Of a stretch of 64,000 nucleotides of DNA, positions 1 to 18,620 are shown in pieces. Where the stretch lies: NCBI RefSeq assembly GCF_009914755.1, contig NC_060929.1. One strand, 5' to 3'. The notes below the pieces were generated by a model, which worked only from the letters and a program-made list of their open reading frames with translations, did no database searches and had not been told where the DNA came from. Numbering within the stretch: position 1 is the stretch's first letter; each line of letters opens with the position of its first letter. Source of the stretch: the human T2T-CHM13v2.0 reference genome, Homo sapiens. The position numbers and the translations under genes were made by a program.

Positions 1-423
1 GGGTTACCAGGGGACTGCCACGAGCGATCAGTATTATAGGTTTATTCATATTTCTAAGGGCCCTTACTAAAGAGCAAGAAAGAACTCTCCCATAAGCTCT
101 CAGCAGACTTCTCAAATCATATGATTGTGAATAAATCCCATGTCTATTTTCCAATCAATCACTGACAAGTGAAAAGATAAATACTATGATCGATTTAGAC
201 TAAACAGCTAACTTAGTTTCTACTAAGTTATATAAACTGCACAGAAAGGGGTATATATTTAGAAAAAATTGGTTCATTTCTACTAAGAAAATGGAAGAAG
301 GAATATGAAAGGTGGCTGGCCGAGCAACTATCAAAATCCAATGTTATAAGCTTTTTGATTATCCAAGAACTTATTTCATATTTATCTATCTACCTATATG
401 TGGATGTGGAATAAGCACTTCAG

Positions 424-424
<1 letters not shown>

Positions 425-518
<94 letters not shown>

Positions 519-559
519 ATATATATGTGTGTATATATACATATATGTGTGTATGTGTG

Positions 560-595
<36 letters not shown>

Positions 596-605
596 TACAC
601 ACACA
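425..605. repeat. Compound microsatellite (CT)n-(TA)n-(TG)n-mixed-(TA)n-(CA)n
   Basis: Dinucleotide runs directly visible; they explain the five overlapping low-complexity ORFs at 312-732. Confidence 0.97.
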
Positions 606-662
606 ATTGCTACCTGAGCTATGTAGATGGCTAGGTTCATTCCTAATGTGCAGTGTTAGTAT

Positions 663-755
663 TATTTTGAAAGGAATCCTTTTTTTCTTAAAAGTAGGTC
701 TGAACAGTGGGTTTTTGTTTTGTTTTTTGTAGCCACCTTCATCAATGATCTTAGC
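663..755 (-). mobile_element. Tigger1-like DNA transposon fragments
   Basis: TTTTGAAAGGAATCCTTTTTT..GTAGGTCTGAACAGTGGG and TAGCCACCTTCATCAATGATCTTAGC match the recalled Tigger1 transposase region in antisense, joined across an internal deletion. Confidence 0.65.
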
Positions 756-3700
756 AATATAGCATGATCACAAAATATATAGCATGTATATATTTTAATA
801 TATACATATATACACACAGTTTGGAAACATAATTCTTATATAATTATATATATACGCATATATTCACATGCATACAGTTTGGCAATATAATTCTTTTAAA
901 ACTAGTTGTCTAGTCTACTTGTTTTCAATCAAGTCTATAACTAAAAATACACAATCAGAGATTGTTTAGGGCTATGAATATGGAAGGTTCTGGTTTATCA
1001 TGACAATTGCTATGCTCTGTTTGGGTCATGAGACCTTAATTTAATACCTTGCTTTTCTCTTGGTCTCACCTACCAGGTGATTTTACCATTTGCCTCTGGC
1101 AGAAACACACTTGGTTTTTAGAGAGCTGTATTCTGGTTGTCCCTTTTTTTTCAGTTACATAACACTTTACAGGAGGTACTTGAGAGAGGTTTGTGGATTA
1201 GTACTTTTTTTGTTGTTTCAATCTTATTTTACTCCAATTCCTAAACTTTTGTATGGCTCTTGAAAGCTTTTCTGAATCCTCCTAGCTCCTGGTGACTACA
1301 CTTTAAATTTGCTTTACTATAATCCATAGGTAAAGACAGCTTATCTTAAGAGAAACATATTTTTTCTCTCAGATTTCAAATGAGACATACGCAGATCAAA
1401 GTTTTCTTCACATTTAAAAATGTTATATAATGCCATAGAAAGGATTCAAATTGGTCTAATGTTTTATTTTCTCTGCTACGATTCCTGATGATTCAGCCAT
1501 TGTCAGAAGTTGATATATCTCAATGTAAAACAACAAAAAAAATTATAGAATACTAGTATTCCTAAATTCCTATGACAGAAAAAGGGGAACCTTATTGTCT
1601 GACATCAATTTTACTCAAGTAATTTTATATCCTAGAATGTTATTTTCAGCTTTCCATTTCTGATACAAACATCTGACTTATTAGGATGGTGCCTCAAGAA
1701 ACCCTGGCTCAAATAGCTTAAACATGGTGGTGGTGGCTTTGTAAAAGTGTAGGGAAAGTCTAGGAGAAAGGCTGTCTTCTCGATTGTCAATTCAGTAGTT
1801 CGTTAACATTACAAAGGGTCAGGTGTCTCTAACTCCAAGCTCTGCTGGCCACAGCACTGTCATTATCCTAAAATTAGCTCTATACGGAGCTGTAGAGTTA
1901 CTGCTAAAAATAATTTGGATTACTTGCTTTCTTCTTCACATTAATGGTAGAACAAGAAATGTACCTGCAAAGCATTGCTGAATACAGAGGAAGAAATTTT
2001 CCAAAAGCAAATTTCTTTTTGTATCTGTATACTCTGAATTTTATTATATTCTTATTCTCCCACCCCTGCAAAAAAAAAAAAAAAAAATCACTGGCAAGTA
2101 GAACAACTTAGCTCAACCAGGATTTCCAAAGAAGAATGTATAGTTTCCAGTCTGCCACACATAAGCCTGTGGGATACCCATATTTCCTATGGTAAAGTTC
2201 AACCTAATCAAAATTGGAGTTATTTGAAATAAAAGGAAGGCATACTATAGTTTAACCAAACAACTGTATTTACTGTAGGAATGCTAGGAAGTTATTGGAT
2301 TTCTTGATAGAATAATTGTGGAAGACTCACGGCATGAAGGTCGATTGAATTCCTGAAAATATAACATACCAGTACTACCTAGTGAGTGGGGCCAGGAGTC
2401 AGAGACTCCATATATAGTCTTCATGATTATAAGACTGTAAGAAATTTCAAGCATATATAGATATATTTTTCTTTGAAAAATTATGTTGTATTTTCTCCAT
2501 CATTTCATTATATTTGTATTAAACTTAAAATAGTTATAAGTGGTAAAAACATACCTTTTGAAAAATATTGTTTTTATTATAAAGTATAATTAAGTCAGTT
2601 TCTGAAGGGATGCAGTCTATAATACAACTAGAGACAAGATAAAATGCAATCAATGTAACGGTTGATATATTGCTAAGATTGCAAGAAAATAAGGTAAGGG
2701 ACCAAGTGCTCCTGCCAGAGAGATAGAACATAAGACAACAAAAACAGCTAAAGGTGACTCATAATCAAAGAAGTGATATTACTCAAGGAAGAAAGTTGAT
2801 TTTGTTTTCTAGGCAAATTCATTATCAGTTTAGGAAAAATCAGATAAATTATGCACTTCTATTAAGTTGTGGAACTGAATCCGAGACACATATTAAGTGT
2901 AGACTCTCACTGGGAGCCAAACGCTTAATAAAACAAGAGTCAAAAAAATATACCTATCAGCAAAAGGAGGTTACAAGAAATCATTGTTTTCTGCTATGGC
3001 CATTGGTTAATAATAACAAATCCTGAGTATTTAAAATTATAGATTCCACTGGGATCTGAAGTTCAAATTAGTAGTAGATATTTAACGATAGAAATCATAT
3101 AATGATGAACAAAAGTAAAGTTTAAGATAGTTTCCCAAGTTAGCAATGTTGCTTGTAACTTAGCAGGTGCAATTGAAACCCATTTTAAAGGAAATTGTTC
3201 TGTGTTCAAGCCCTCAGGATTTCAGCAGATTAAATTGAAAAAAAAAAAAGAAAAATGATCTCAGTATCAAAAATGAACTACTGTATATAAAAAGAAGTCA
3301 ATGTAAGGAAAAGTCAGCAGAAAAAAAGTAGGAACTAATATACATATCCTGTCCATCAATAAATCCAATGATTTTTTGAATTATCTGTTCCAAAATACAG
3401 AGAAATTATTTTAAATAATTTTAAATCGAATGGCAAAAATCTATGAAAGTCTTTACCTGTTTGCAAAGATCCAATACAGTTTTTGGATAGTGGAAATATA
3501 AATGTTAAAATTACAATTACAATAAGTACATTAAACATAAAATTTAACTTAGCTAAAGAGACAATTAATGAATCATTTGTTATTTATTCTTAACTGACAC
3601 AGTTTATGAGTGCATGGAAGAATAAGCAACAGAAAATATCCAAGGGAAGCATATTGATTTAGAAAACTGATTTAGTTATATTACTATTAGCAAACTAAGT

Positions 3701-5034
3701 ATGATCAGGGTTTGAAAATGTCGCTAATTGATAAAATTTTTAACTATTAAGACAACTTAATCACTCTAATATAAAAATTTTCCATAAATGTAGCCAAACA
3801 ATCATCACTAGGAAAACATAAAAAAATCACAAATTGGAACATTTTCTTACACTTCTTTCACAAAGAGAGATGCAGGTGTGTGTGTGGGCATGTGTATATG
3901 CGTGTATTTGTATGTTACTAGCTCTTTAAATTGGAAACTGGAATTTTGAGTCTAAAACTGACCTACAATAAATGAGTGGAGGTATAAGAATATCCATGAC
4001 ATTGTATTGGAGAATATACAAGAAAATTTAGGGCTGCTGTAATGTGACAATCAACAGTTCAGGCTCAAACACCTAATTTAGGCAATAATGAAATGCAGTG
4101 GAAATGACAATAAAGATCTACTGTGAGATGACTTAGCAGTGCTTGACATCTTTTAAGCCAAAGTCAAAAATGAAGTGTACTCTCTTGGATTTGTGCTTTC
4201 AATTATCAGTGGATATGATAGAACCATAGAATAACAGAGGTCAGACAGTGCACTTAAAACCTAGAAGCAGAATAAATATAATTCTACAATTAGAGTGCCT
4301 TTGTTAATAGAGATATTTGGTGGTAAACCAGGGAATGTATGGAGTTGAGAGAGACAGAAAAACATCTTGTGTGTACCAAGTTTCAATTAACAGTAAAAAC
4401 AATGAGAGTTAGCAAGTGAAAGGAGACATCAGATATTTTAATGGAAAAACATAGCTAGTGTGTAGATCTGAACCAATTCACTGAATGCTTATTAATTTAA
4501 TGGGAAGCAGGCTTCCCTTGAGGAGGGAACTTGAAACCTCATCAAAAATATGCCTAGTAAAATAGTTTGTTGATTCTTCCTCAAAAGAGTCTGCAGCCAA
4601 TTGTCAGGGCAACTTCACAGAGGCAAAATAACTATTACTCAGACTCTTCAAGAATTTTTAGACAAAAGTATCAAAAATATCTACTAAGCAAGAATGATAC
4701 CTTGTCAGGTGGTTCACATGGGAAATACAGAGGTCAAATAGTTAAGTTGAGTTCTGGATCAAGCCAAACTCACAGTATGTTCTTTGGGACCATAATGAAC
4801 CCTGAAGATATTTCTTATTTTTCTAAATTTACTGAACATATAAGTGGAATAAACTTGTTTAGTGACAGAAGGTCCCCTGTCTGGTTTCCAGAATTATGGG
4901 GTAGATGCTGTTGCTATAGGAGGACCAAATGATACAGAACTGAAACCGTTCCCCACTGTAATAAGCTTGAAATCAAAAGCAGTATTGCATTTCTGGAATT
5001 ATTGAAGACATGAGTTTCACCATGAAAGATATGA

Positions 5035-5778
<744 letters not shown>

Positions 5779-8700
5779 TAGCAGAACCATGATGGAAAAT
5801 GACAGATAAATATAAACCCTTGTGTGCTTAACCAGGTGGTAGCTTGGTTTTGAAACTGCTATTTCTACATGTGAGACCTTAACTTAAAAAGTGTATTGTA
5901 GCCATTGTCACTGGGACTTTGGGAATGCATTTTTTGGTCTCATTATTCATTAAAAAGAAACACACATACACACACATACATGCATGTGAACACACCATAT
6001 TTGTTTTCATATGGTTATATGGCAAGAACAACAATCCACCTTAATGGTTTTATTTCGGGTTTACGTCAATTTTCTCATGCCCTGCATAATAGTTTAGAGA
6101 GGAACATTTATGACCTTGACAATCAACAGCAGATACCAGAAATTTGTAACAGCGATGGCTTCAAATTAAATAAATCTGTGAAATTGGAAGTGTCAGGTTC
6201 TCTAGACACCATGTAAGACACATGTATAATCTCAATAAAGTTTTTGTGTCATTTTATATGTCCTTCTACATGGACACTTTTTATCTAGCCATCAAGGACA
6301 TGCTGGTACAAATCCTTTAAGATAAAGAGCAATTTCCTGCTCCTTGCACCTCCAATCACTGTGAATGAAACCTAGGTCTTAGCAGACAACTCTAGATTTT
6401 GAAACAACATTGACTATACTTAAAATACTGCTCCAACTTATTTACTGATTTACCTGGAATGTGGCCAAGTTCAAGTAATGTCCAGGGGAAAAGAGACCTC
6501 TGCCACAGTTCCAGGATATGGTAAAACTATTTTGTTCTTGTGTTGTATAACATAGCATATTTAGTAAGATACCATGATATGTATATAATTGTCGAGGCCT
6601 AATGGGAATTACAGAGATTTTTAGAGTTTGGGGAAAAGTATATGCATTCCGTGTCAGAAAACTACTATTTCCTTATAGTATCTGAGATGCTACCAGGCCC
6701 TAGATGTTAATGACTTCCTAACCAGGATCATAAATTATTGCTGAGACCTAAAGCTGCTTATCATGAACTGAGTTTTATCTCATCAGCCATGTTATTAAGT
6801 CATATTTGTACAAAGGTAATTCATCATTTAACTCAAACTTAAGTAGTTCCAGAAAGCCCAGGAACAGATTCCCATGACAACTACCTCTGCCACACTGTTA
6901 CCTAACTGTAGTCTATACCTAGAGCTTTAAGAATGCTCTCCTAAAGTCAATTTACATAAAAAGAAGAAACTTCGGGCTGGTTCACAAATGAGTCTTCACA
7001 ATGTGTGTGTATTAATTAGATGATTAATGGAGATGCGTAGTAGTCCCTTTTATGAATGATCCAAAAATATAATACTTAAAAAAAAAACTTCACAATGAGA
7101 AGGGTTATGATGAATAGACTTTCTATCTACATTGTATGGATTACAGGTAGTTTAGGGTTTTCATTTACATTAATTTCTGTATTATGAATGATTTCAAGGC
7201 CATTTCATCAAGGTCTGGACTAAACAAGATGGAACAATTGAAAAATGTCAGAGAATAAATTTATTATGTACCCATGAGAGAGGTATGAACTATGAAGATT
7301 TTTATTTACAATAATGCCTCTGAGAAAGCATTTTCTGCAGAATCATCTGTGAGGATCACCTATACTTGAATGTCAAACAACCTCTATATCAAGCCTCTTA
7401 CAACCCCATGAACAGAAGGTGGCAGTTATGGAGAATATTTAGAGTCAAAAATATAAAATTTCCCCCAGTAAGGCTAATTTGGTTACTCCTCTTGTTTAAT
7501 TTCTAACATGATAGCCGAGACAGATACTGAATTTCAAAATGGCACCATTCTTATGGGACCAACTAGTCACCTGAAAAAGAGCAATTATATTAGACTAGTC
7601 CCAACACAGAAAAAGCAGTAATTTGTCCTTAACAGAGTTGTTATCTACTCCAAATACGGGTTTACCCTCTCTGTTTACAGTGTCTTCATCAGCACCAAAG
7701 TTTATTGCCTCCAAATGACTGTTGTTACAATGTGGCTTTGTACAACTATTGACTGAGACAAATGTGTAGCACTGAACTCATCTGCACAAGTCTTAATATG
7801 AACCCCCTATCTCTAAAACAGTTACCCTCATGGAACCTTAGAATAGAGAGTTAACCCTCACCTAAGTTACAAGTTCTTGGAAAGTACTGTCAGTTTATGG
7901 AACACTCTTCTTGGACCTGGTACATACCTTGAACAACAACAACAACAACAACAAAAAGCCTAACATATAGAACCATTTATTGTAGCTACAATACATGCCT
8001 TTGGGAGTCAAAGGAGTTGAGGAAGTATAGAATGTTTTCTATCAGAATCACCCTCAGATATCCATTTTTGACATCTTGTTCATTTTCCCCAATATTACAT
8101 TAGTCTGGGTTAAGATTTCTGGTTCCCTTGAACCAGAAATGAGAAACATTTCTGCTAGGGAACATAATAGGATGTTCTATTAAATTGGAAGTTGTGTCTA
8201 CAAATTAGGGACTTTGATTACCTCATGTCAATTGTCCTACAGGCCAAAAAGGAGTTATATTGGCTAGGGCAAACAATACAAAGAGTATGACTGTAATTTG
8301 GAGATTATTGAAACACACATATGGTAGTGACTACCCAAGATGGAACTAAAGGATCAGGCTCCTTGGGAAAAATGATCTTGATTGCTCTACCAAACAAACA
8401 AAACAGACTAGCCAAAGCGATAGCTAATGATGAGACTCTTAATTACTAAGTTTCCTAGGCAATGACACTGGACCAGCAACTTGGGGAAGACTCTGATTTA
8501 TTATACTTGTATTTCCCTTCTCAGTGATGAAGTGGGAGTGACTTTATTAACACAAGGAAAATATAGGTAGTATACAACTAAGATAAAATGAGAGGTCATA
8601 AAGGCATCCAAATGGCACAAGAAGTAGATTGAATTGGGCAAAGTTGTGTGTGTCTGTGTAGCTTCCATTCTTCTGAATGCCTTCTTCTTTAATTTTTTGT

Positions 8701-9228
8701 TGGGGCCCCACTCTGATACAGTCTTCTCTCCAGTCTTGGCCTTGAATGACATACTACCCTATTGGGCAACCAATAGGACTTCTTGATCAGAGAGACAGTG
8801 CAACCATTAAGTCTGGTGTTGCTGCATCCTTGAACACTCAATGGTGATTAATCAGAAATAAGAAAAAGGAGGAAGTTGAGCATATAGTTTTATCCTCAGT
8901 TCTCTATTCTGTGGACAATTCTGAGATGAACTAGTCTCTCATGCCCAACCGAGCAGACGTCTACTAAGTAATTTGCTAGATTTTTAAAATGGATTATTGC
9001 TATAAACATTTCCTTGCCTCATTTATTATTTTTTCCACACATCTTTACCACCCTCTATGTGTCCCCTTGAAATTCAGGGTCAGCTTTGTAATCTTTGTCT
9101 TAGGCTTGAAAAGCAAACCATATTCTTTTCTTTCAAGAAGTCTAATAAAATAGAAATACATCTCATGTAATCAATCAAGAATTTTACAGCACATATGAAA
9201 ACTGATAACACAAAAAGGAAGACACCTT

Positions 9229-9718
9229 TTTAGTCAGAGTTTTCCACAGAAAGAAAACCCACAGTATATGGGTATATATATATATATATATACACACATA
9301 CACATACATACACACACATATACTTATACACACACATATATACACATACATACATAATATATGTATTATATATATAAATATATACATTTTTTTTAAGAAA
9401 TTGGCTCATGCAATTGTGGAGTTTGGCAAGTCCAAAATCTCTATGGTGGGTAGGTAGGCTGGAGTTGTGGGGAGAGGCAATGAAGAACATCTGCCATACA
9501 ATTCCCTCTTGCTCAGGGAAGGACATTCTTTTGTTCTATTCAGGCTTTCAACTGATGGGGCCCACCTACATTATGGAAGGCAATCTGCTTTACCCATTCT
9601 ACCAATTAAAATATCGATCTCACTGAAAAACACCCTCACAGAAGCATCCAGAATAATGTCTGGGCACATATCTGAGCACTGTGGCCCAGCCTAGTTGACA
9701 TATAAAATTAACCACCAC
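9229..9718 (-). mobile_element. MLT2 (ERVL) LTR with internal (TA)/(CA) microsatellite
   Basis: TTAGTCAGAGTTTTCCACAGAAA..GAAATTGGCTCATGCAATTGTGGAG..AAACACCCTCACAGAA..GTTGACATATAAAATTAACCACCACA are typical of antisense MLT2. Confidence 0.85.
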
Positions 9719-9740
9719 AACATTCTGAAGTTATGACCAT

Positions 9741-9903
9741 ATTTTTTTTATTATACTTTAAGTTCTAGGGTACATGTGCACAACGTGCAGGTTTGTTACA
9801 TACGTATACATGTGCCCTGTTGGTGTGCTGCACCCATTAACTGGTCATTTACATTAGGTATATCTCCTAATGCTATCCCTCCCCCCTCTCCCCACCCCAC
9901 GAC
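9741..9903 (-). mobile_element. Very short 5'-truncated L1PA (3' end only)
   Basis: TTTTTTTTATTATACTTTAAGTTCTAGGGTACATGTGCACAACGTGCAGG..CCCCACCCCACGAC is the L1PA 3'UTR in antisense. Confidence 0.92.
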
Positions 9904-9949
9904 GATATTTAAAATTATTTAAAAAATTAATTTAACAGTGGCCTTATTA

Positions 9950-10900
9950 CACATAAAGCTATGAAGTTTATACCAAAAAATGGAGAAACTTTGATAACAC
10001 GGGCAATTTACTGGGAAATAACAAAGAACATAACTGACTCAAAGATAATTAGAAATACTGAATTATATTCAACTACTGAAGAAATTGAAGAAGCTGTAAA
10101 ATCTCCTACAAATAAAATATTGTTAACAAATGGTTTTACAAAAAATGTATATTATTCCACTTATTCCACAAACCTCATCTTTAATATTAAAATAACAAAA
10201 AGGCAGAAGTAGGAAGGACATTTATGTCCATAGCTCACTTATGAGCAAAAATGCAAAATTGCAAACAAAATATTAGCAAATTAAAACAAGAAAAGTGTTA
10301 GAAAATAAGGCACTTGAATAAAGCAATATGTTGTTCTCAAATTTGGTTTATGCCAAAATGATAGATTGGGTAAGCACACAGATTTTTAAAATGTCACTGA
10401 ATTCATTAAGAAATTAAATGATTAAAGAAGTAGATAATTTTAATAGATACAGAAAAACAATATAGTAAAAATTAACATAAACTCATAACTAAAATAGTTC
10501 TGTGAGCAACATAAACTTTAAAAATATATGCTTCATTTACAATGAGAAAGATTCAAATTAGGACCAAAATGAGACAAATTTTATAACCAAATTATTGTCA
10601 AATTAAAAATATGAAAATAGCAAATATTAACAAGCACTTAGAGATTCCATACAATATTTCTGAGAGTGTAACTTGCCTCATAATACAAAAATAACTTGAA
10701 ATTTTTTAGTGTGCATTGGCCGTGACACATCCATCTAATTACATATTTAAAACTGAGTGAAACTCTTGCATATTTATTGAATTAGGCTACGAATTTACAT
10801 ACATATCCATATTAATTTCTGTATTACATATTTTATAGTAAACCTTAGTATATTAAAATATTAAAAAGTTGCCAATCTATAATTAAGCCATATGTAAAAG
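9950..10900 (+). mobile_element. Old L1M fragments
   Basis: A-rich, with decayed ORF2 motifs (GAAATTGAA.., ATGCAAAATTGCAAACAAAATATTAGCAAAT, TAATAGATACAGAAAAA). Confidence 0.55.
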
Positions 10901-11334
10901 AAATCTTGCTATTAAAGAAAGAGCTCTTATTTCAAGATAGCTTGCTATGTTTTTATTAAAATAAAAATGTGTATCATGAAACTTATTGAAAATTTTGTAT
11001 ACTTATACAGTGGAAGGATTTCATAATATGTGAGAGAAAGCAGGTATATTATTTATCCTGAAATTATGTAAAATAATATCTAGGTATTTTCTCAGAATTC
11101 TGATGCATTTTTTATTGAACCAGGAAAATATTCTGATTATTCTTAAATAATTGATATAAATTTGGAGTTACCTCTTTTTCATAATTGTTGAAGGTCTACA
11201 TATAAGGTAAAATATTACAGTTAGACAAGAATTTAGGAAATTTTTTTGCTATGGTTAATCTCACTTCTAAAGATTATATTTCTAATCAAATTTCTGGCTT
11301 GAAGTTGTGTAGTTAGGTGGTGATGATAAGTAGA

Positions 11335-11362
11335 TAATAGATCAGTAGGTAGGTAAGTAGAT

Positions 11363-11407
<45 letters not shown>

Positions 11408-11530
11408 AAAAAAGGAAAGAGAGAAGGAAGAACAGAGAGAGAGGAAGAGAGAGAGGAAGAGAGAGAGAAAGGAAAGGAGAAAGAAATGAAGAAAGGGAGG
11501 GCAGGAAGAAGGAAAGAAGGGAGGAAGTAT
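11335..11530. repeat. (GATA)n STR followed by GA-rich low-complexity tract
   Basis: Directly visible. Confidence 0.93.
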
Positions 11531-12458
11531 GAAAAAATGAAATACATTATTAATCACCTCTTGATGAGTAGTTAATTATGGATATCTACAGTCTATAATA
11601 CTTCATCTCATTTTTATTAAAAGGAATATCTACTCCTTATATGTTGTATCACGGTGAATTCCAAAATATGCTGAAAAATATGGAAGCTAAATGTCGTATA
11701 AAACTTACATTTTACTACAATGGACATATTAAGGGTGTAGAAATTTTGTTTCTACGAATACTCTTAACATCCAGCGGCTGGGAACATCAAAAATAGATGT
11801 GTGAAATATCCAATATATCCCAATCATTTAAACCTCCGACTTCACAATTGTATATTTCAGTACTTATATAAAGTCCTGGAAAGTCCTGAGACTCTGAATT
11901 GTGAGTAAAAATACTTGGAAACCTTGTAGGTTTGTGAATTGAGGATAATGGAATGCAAAACACCACTTCTTACTAAGTTGAGACTGACAAGAGTCATTTG
12001 TAAATTTCCCGATGAGTTCAGGTGATTGTAAGAACAGTGTTCTTGTTACACATGCATTCAATCACTGTGTATTTTGTGACAACCAAAGTAACCTCTCTCT
12101 GGTACAGACATCAGAGATATAAGACATAAGGCATACAGACATGAGGCAAGAAAAGATGTTTGCTGAGAACACATGCTTTGGAATAGAACAGAAGTTCCAC
12201 CCCTGAATATATGTTCAACAAGTTCAATTTTCTCTTATCTAAAAGAGAGGCCCGTAGTCTTGCCTTATTGGTTCGTTAATTAATTAATTCATTCACTCAT
12301 TCATGAAAATTAAGTGAGCTAATCTTCTTAAGGCCTCCAGAGACTACAGGTCACATAATATGCATTCAAGAAATGTAGGCTATTATATTAACAGTGATAC
12401 ACAGATGTTGATGATGTGGCCTTTATATTATTGATGCCTTTTATAGTACAGATTTTGA

Positions 12459-12809
<351 letters not shown>

Positions 12810-12945
12810 AATGTTATTCATTTTCTTAAGTTTTCTGAGATGGAAACAAATATCCTCAAGTGATCCCTTTTCTGGCTAGGCTAGAGAAGCAATCTCTAAG
12901 GTGACTAAATCCCAAACAATATCAGAGTTTAGAAATAGAAATATG

Positions 12946-13251
<306 letters not shown>

Positions 13252-14699
13252 AGAAATAGAAATATGTACCTTAAATTTCACTAAGAAGCAAAGGGTTATG
13301 GGTAACATTTTGCAGCTCAATAGCAGTACACTCTGTTTAGTCAATCCTCTATTTATCCAGTTTTCAAGGTTAATAAGCAATTATTACTGGCTTCATTCTA
13401 ACAGCAATGCGATTCAATTTAAGTGAAACTCAATTCCTTCAGAACTATTCTGTTTGTATTTAGAAATTTTGGTTTCTTTAATTTACTAGCTAGATCACTG
13501 AATTTTGCTTTTATAATTTTATGAATAACTCAAAATTGACAATTGTAAAATATTGTGCAATATCTGATAACACTTAATGACTACATATCCTATTCCAGGT
13601 ACCATATTAGTTATAATAAGGTTTACGTTATTCAGAAAATAAATTCCAATTGAGTGAAACAGTTGTATATACTGGATCTCTTACCTTAAATCTGATGAAA
13701 CATTTGGGTGAGGTGAATACATAATTCTCTTAAAAATAAGAAAATACGTGTTTTTCTTTTTTATTTTTTTAATCTCTGAAATAAAGTTCTAATGTTAATG
13801 CGTTGTATTCCAACATAGGTTTTAGGTTATAAATCCTCATATTATATAATACAACACATTTTGTGTGTTTCTATAGAATTTTCAAATCCACTATACCCAA
13901 TGCTTTCTATATATTTGCCGAATTAATCATGAAGTCCTGAATTTATCCTTTTTTCCTAATGTCAAAGAAGTTGCTTATTTTCCAAATAGTTAAAAAAAAA
14001 AAAGCTAGTGCATTCTTCAACTTACAACTTGCCCAAACACTTATTTTATGCTAGCCCCAACACACCAAAGTTTAGGCAATAAAGTATTTTAAAAGACAAT
14101 ATCGTAATATTAGGGGAGCTATTTTTTGTCTATAATACAATAAAAACTGTTAATACATTTAACGTCACTCAAGCAACATTAAGTATGCCACAATATTACT
14201 TATATATTATTGGCAATTATATTATTGATTCAAATATATCATGAACTTTGAAAGATTGAGGAAATTGATTTTTTTTCCACAGCATTTGTAGGCATGTATT
14301 AAGTGAAACATATACACGCTTAAAATGATCTTCATAAAAAATTTCACAAAACCAATGGGGAAAAAAAGGACAATTTTTTGACCTGTGTAAGATATAAAGA
14401 TCACTTTAATCAGCGAAAGTACCAGTTTGATCCTTAACTATGGAGTTCAGATAAATAAAAATAACTCCATTGTCTCTTCTATATTTGAAGATTGTATTGG
14501 CGACAATCAGAATGTGTAAAGTTTTATGATAATTGTTCTAATTTCTAGATAGATAGATTACATAATTTTAAAGCATTTCAATAGTTCATAATGTGTGACT
14601 TTTGTGCTATTTAACATTTACAAACAATATATTTTATGTAAAGGAAATCATAAGGAAGTGACAAAATATGGAAACTTTTTGTAGCTTGTGGCTTGAGCA

Positions 14700-15185
14700 T
14701 AATAAGAATTAGACTGTATTATAAGTGCTTGCTTAGCTTTCAGAAAACTTGCTGTTATATTTTGCTATGTGGCTGAGCCATTTTACATGTTCAGGTTCTC
14801 CATGTCCTCTCCAGCATTTGGTGACATTGTTACATTCTACTTCAGCTATTCTGATATTTGTGTAATAGTACCTGATCATGCTTTTTCATATGTCATGAGC
14901 ATCGTTTTATGTACTTATTTAAGATCTATGTATCCTATTCATTCAAATGTTGACTCATGTCTTTTGCTCAATTTTTAATTGGACTGTTTATATTTTTCTG
15001 CTTAATTTTGAGAGTTATTCATAACGTCTAAATACAGGTGCTACGTAAGATATATAGTTTACAAATATTTTCTTCCAGTCAGTGTACAAACATGTCTTTC
15101 CATCCTCTTTATAGGGTATTTTCAGAACAAAACTTCCGGTTTTTGTTTATGTCTTAATTTTGAGGAGTAGCAGTTTATAAAATTT
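14700..15185 (-). mobile_element. Old L1M fragment hosting the retrocopy (resumes briefly at ~17390-17420)
   Basis: Antisense L1 3' ORF2 motifs (CCAGCATTTGGTG.., CAAATATTTTCTTCCAGTC..). Confidence 0.7.
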
Positions 15186-15189
15186 TAAA

Positions 15190-17372
<2,183 letters not shown>

Positions 17373-17905
17373 AAACAAATTTTTTAAATAATGCTTTTGC
17401 TGTCAACTCAGAAATTTTAACCTTCAGTTGAATCTTAAGGAGGAGAATTTCTGGTAAAATGTCAAGATTTCACTTGAAACTTTAGAAGAGAATCACTCTA
17501 GAAATAAAAGCGTCTAGAAACAGAAAAGCCACATAAAATCTGGACCATCTCAATCTAGGACTACATTAAAATGATGGACCATATTCTAAGTGTGTGTGAG
17601 GAAATAAAATCACAAAAGTATCTAAGTTCTTTATACATAATGTCCATCATCCATATAGCAGGACCGGATGACTTAAGCAAAATAAAATAGAAGGAAAATA
17701 AAAACAGTACCACAGATGATACCGATATCAAAGTGAGAAGACGTAAATGTCAAAATAACTATCATTGATTAATAAAATCAATAAAAATAATAATAAAGGA
17801 GTATTTTTCCTAAAGAACTAGAGTCGATAAAAAAGAAGAAATGGCCTTAGGCTTCTAGAAAGGTGCTGAACATCATTAACCTTTAATTATCATTAATGCA
17901 AATTA

Positions 17906-18620
17906 CTGAAACGGGAAAGTTCCCTTATTCCCCTTGCAGGGCGTACAACACGTGGATTGCTTGTTTGGTGCCCTACTGCTCAAACCCCTATGGGGAGCAT
18001 GCAGACAGACAGGTGCAGAGGCCATGAAGACTGTTTTTGGGCTCTGGCCCCACGGCAACATCTAGGACTACGGATGCCCACTTTTAGCTATGCTGTCTGC
18101 AGATGGCTTGTGTTAATCAGCTCGATAGACCGTCTGCCTTATTGCAAGGATAAGGGGCCAGTGTGACAGCCTGAGTTTTTGCCCAGAGTACCAGAAGAAT
18201 CAGATCACATGTGGGCCCAAAGGTTGAGTGCGAAGTTTTATTGAGTGCTGGAGGTGGCTCTCAGTGAAATGGATGGGGAGCCAGAAAGGGGTATGGAGTG
18301 GGAAAGTGGTCTTCCCCTGGGGTCAGGCTGCCCAGTGGCTGGACTCTTCTCCAACTTCCACCAGCCGAACTCCCCTTGGCGTCCACATCATTTCACCATC
18401 ACTGATCTGCTGGTGTCTGCCGACATGTTCCTCTTGACATCCAGCCACTTGTGTCTGTACCTGCTTAAGGTCTCAGGTTTATATGGGCACAGGGTCAGGG
18501 GTGTGGTGGCCAGATTGATCTTGGAAAATGTAACATTTTGGAGTGAAAACAGGAGTGCCTGTTCTCCTTTAGGTCCGTGGGCACAGGCCCAAGGGTGAAG
18601 CCCCTGCCAGGGACCCTGGC
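17906..18620 (-). mobile_element. ERV1 LTR (MER52/LTR27/LTR28/MER48-like group)
   Basis: GC-rich island beginning TGAAACGGGAAAGTTCCCTT..GCTCAAACCCCT..GATCACATGTGG..TTTTATTGAGTGCTGGAGGTGGCTCTCAG; antisense AATAAA at ~18237-18242. Subfamily uncertain. Confidence 0.8.

Noticed and set aside
312-732. Five overlapping ORFs of 60-101 aa
   Set aside because: They are translations of dinucleotide repeats (SLSL, YIYI, VCVC, HTHT), not genes.
4567-4932. 121-aa ORF (and the 135-aa ORF at 40941-41348)
   Set aside because: Chance open frames in decayed ERVL protease regions with no intact catalytic motif.
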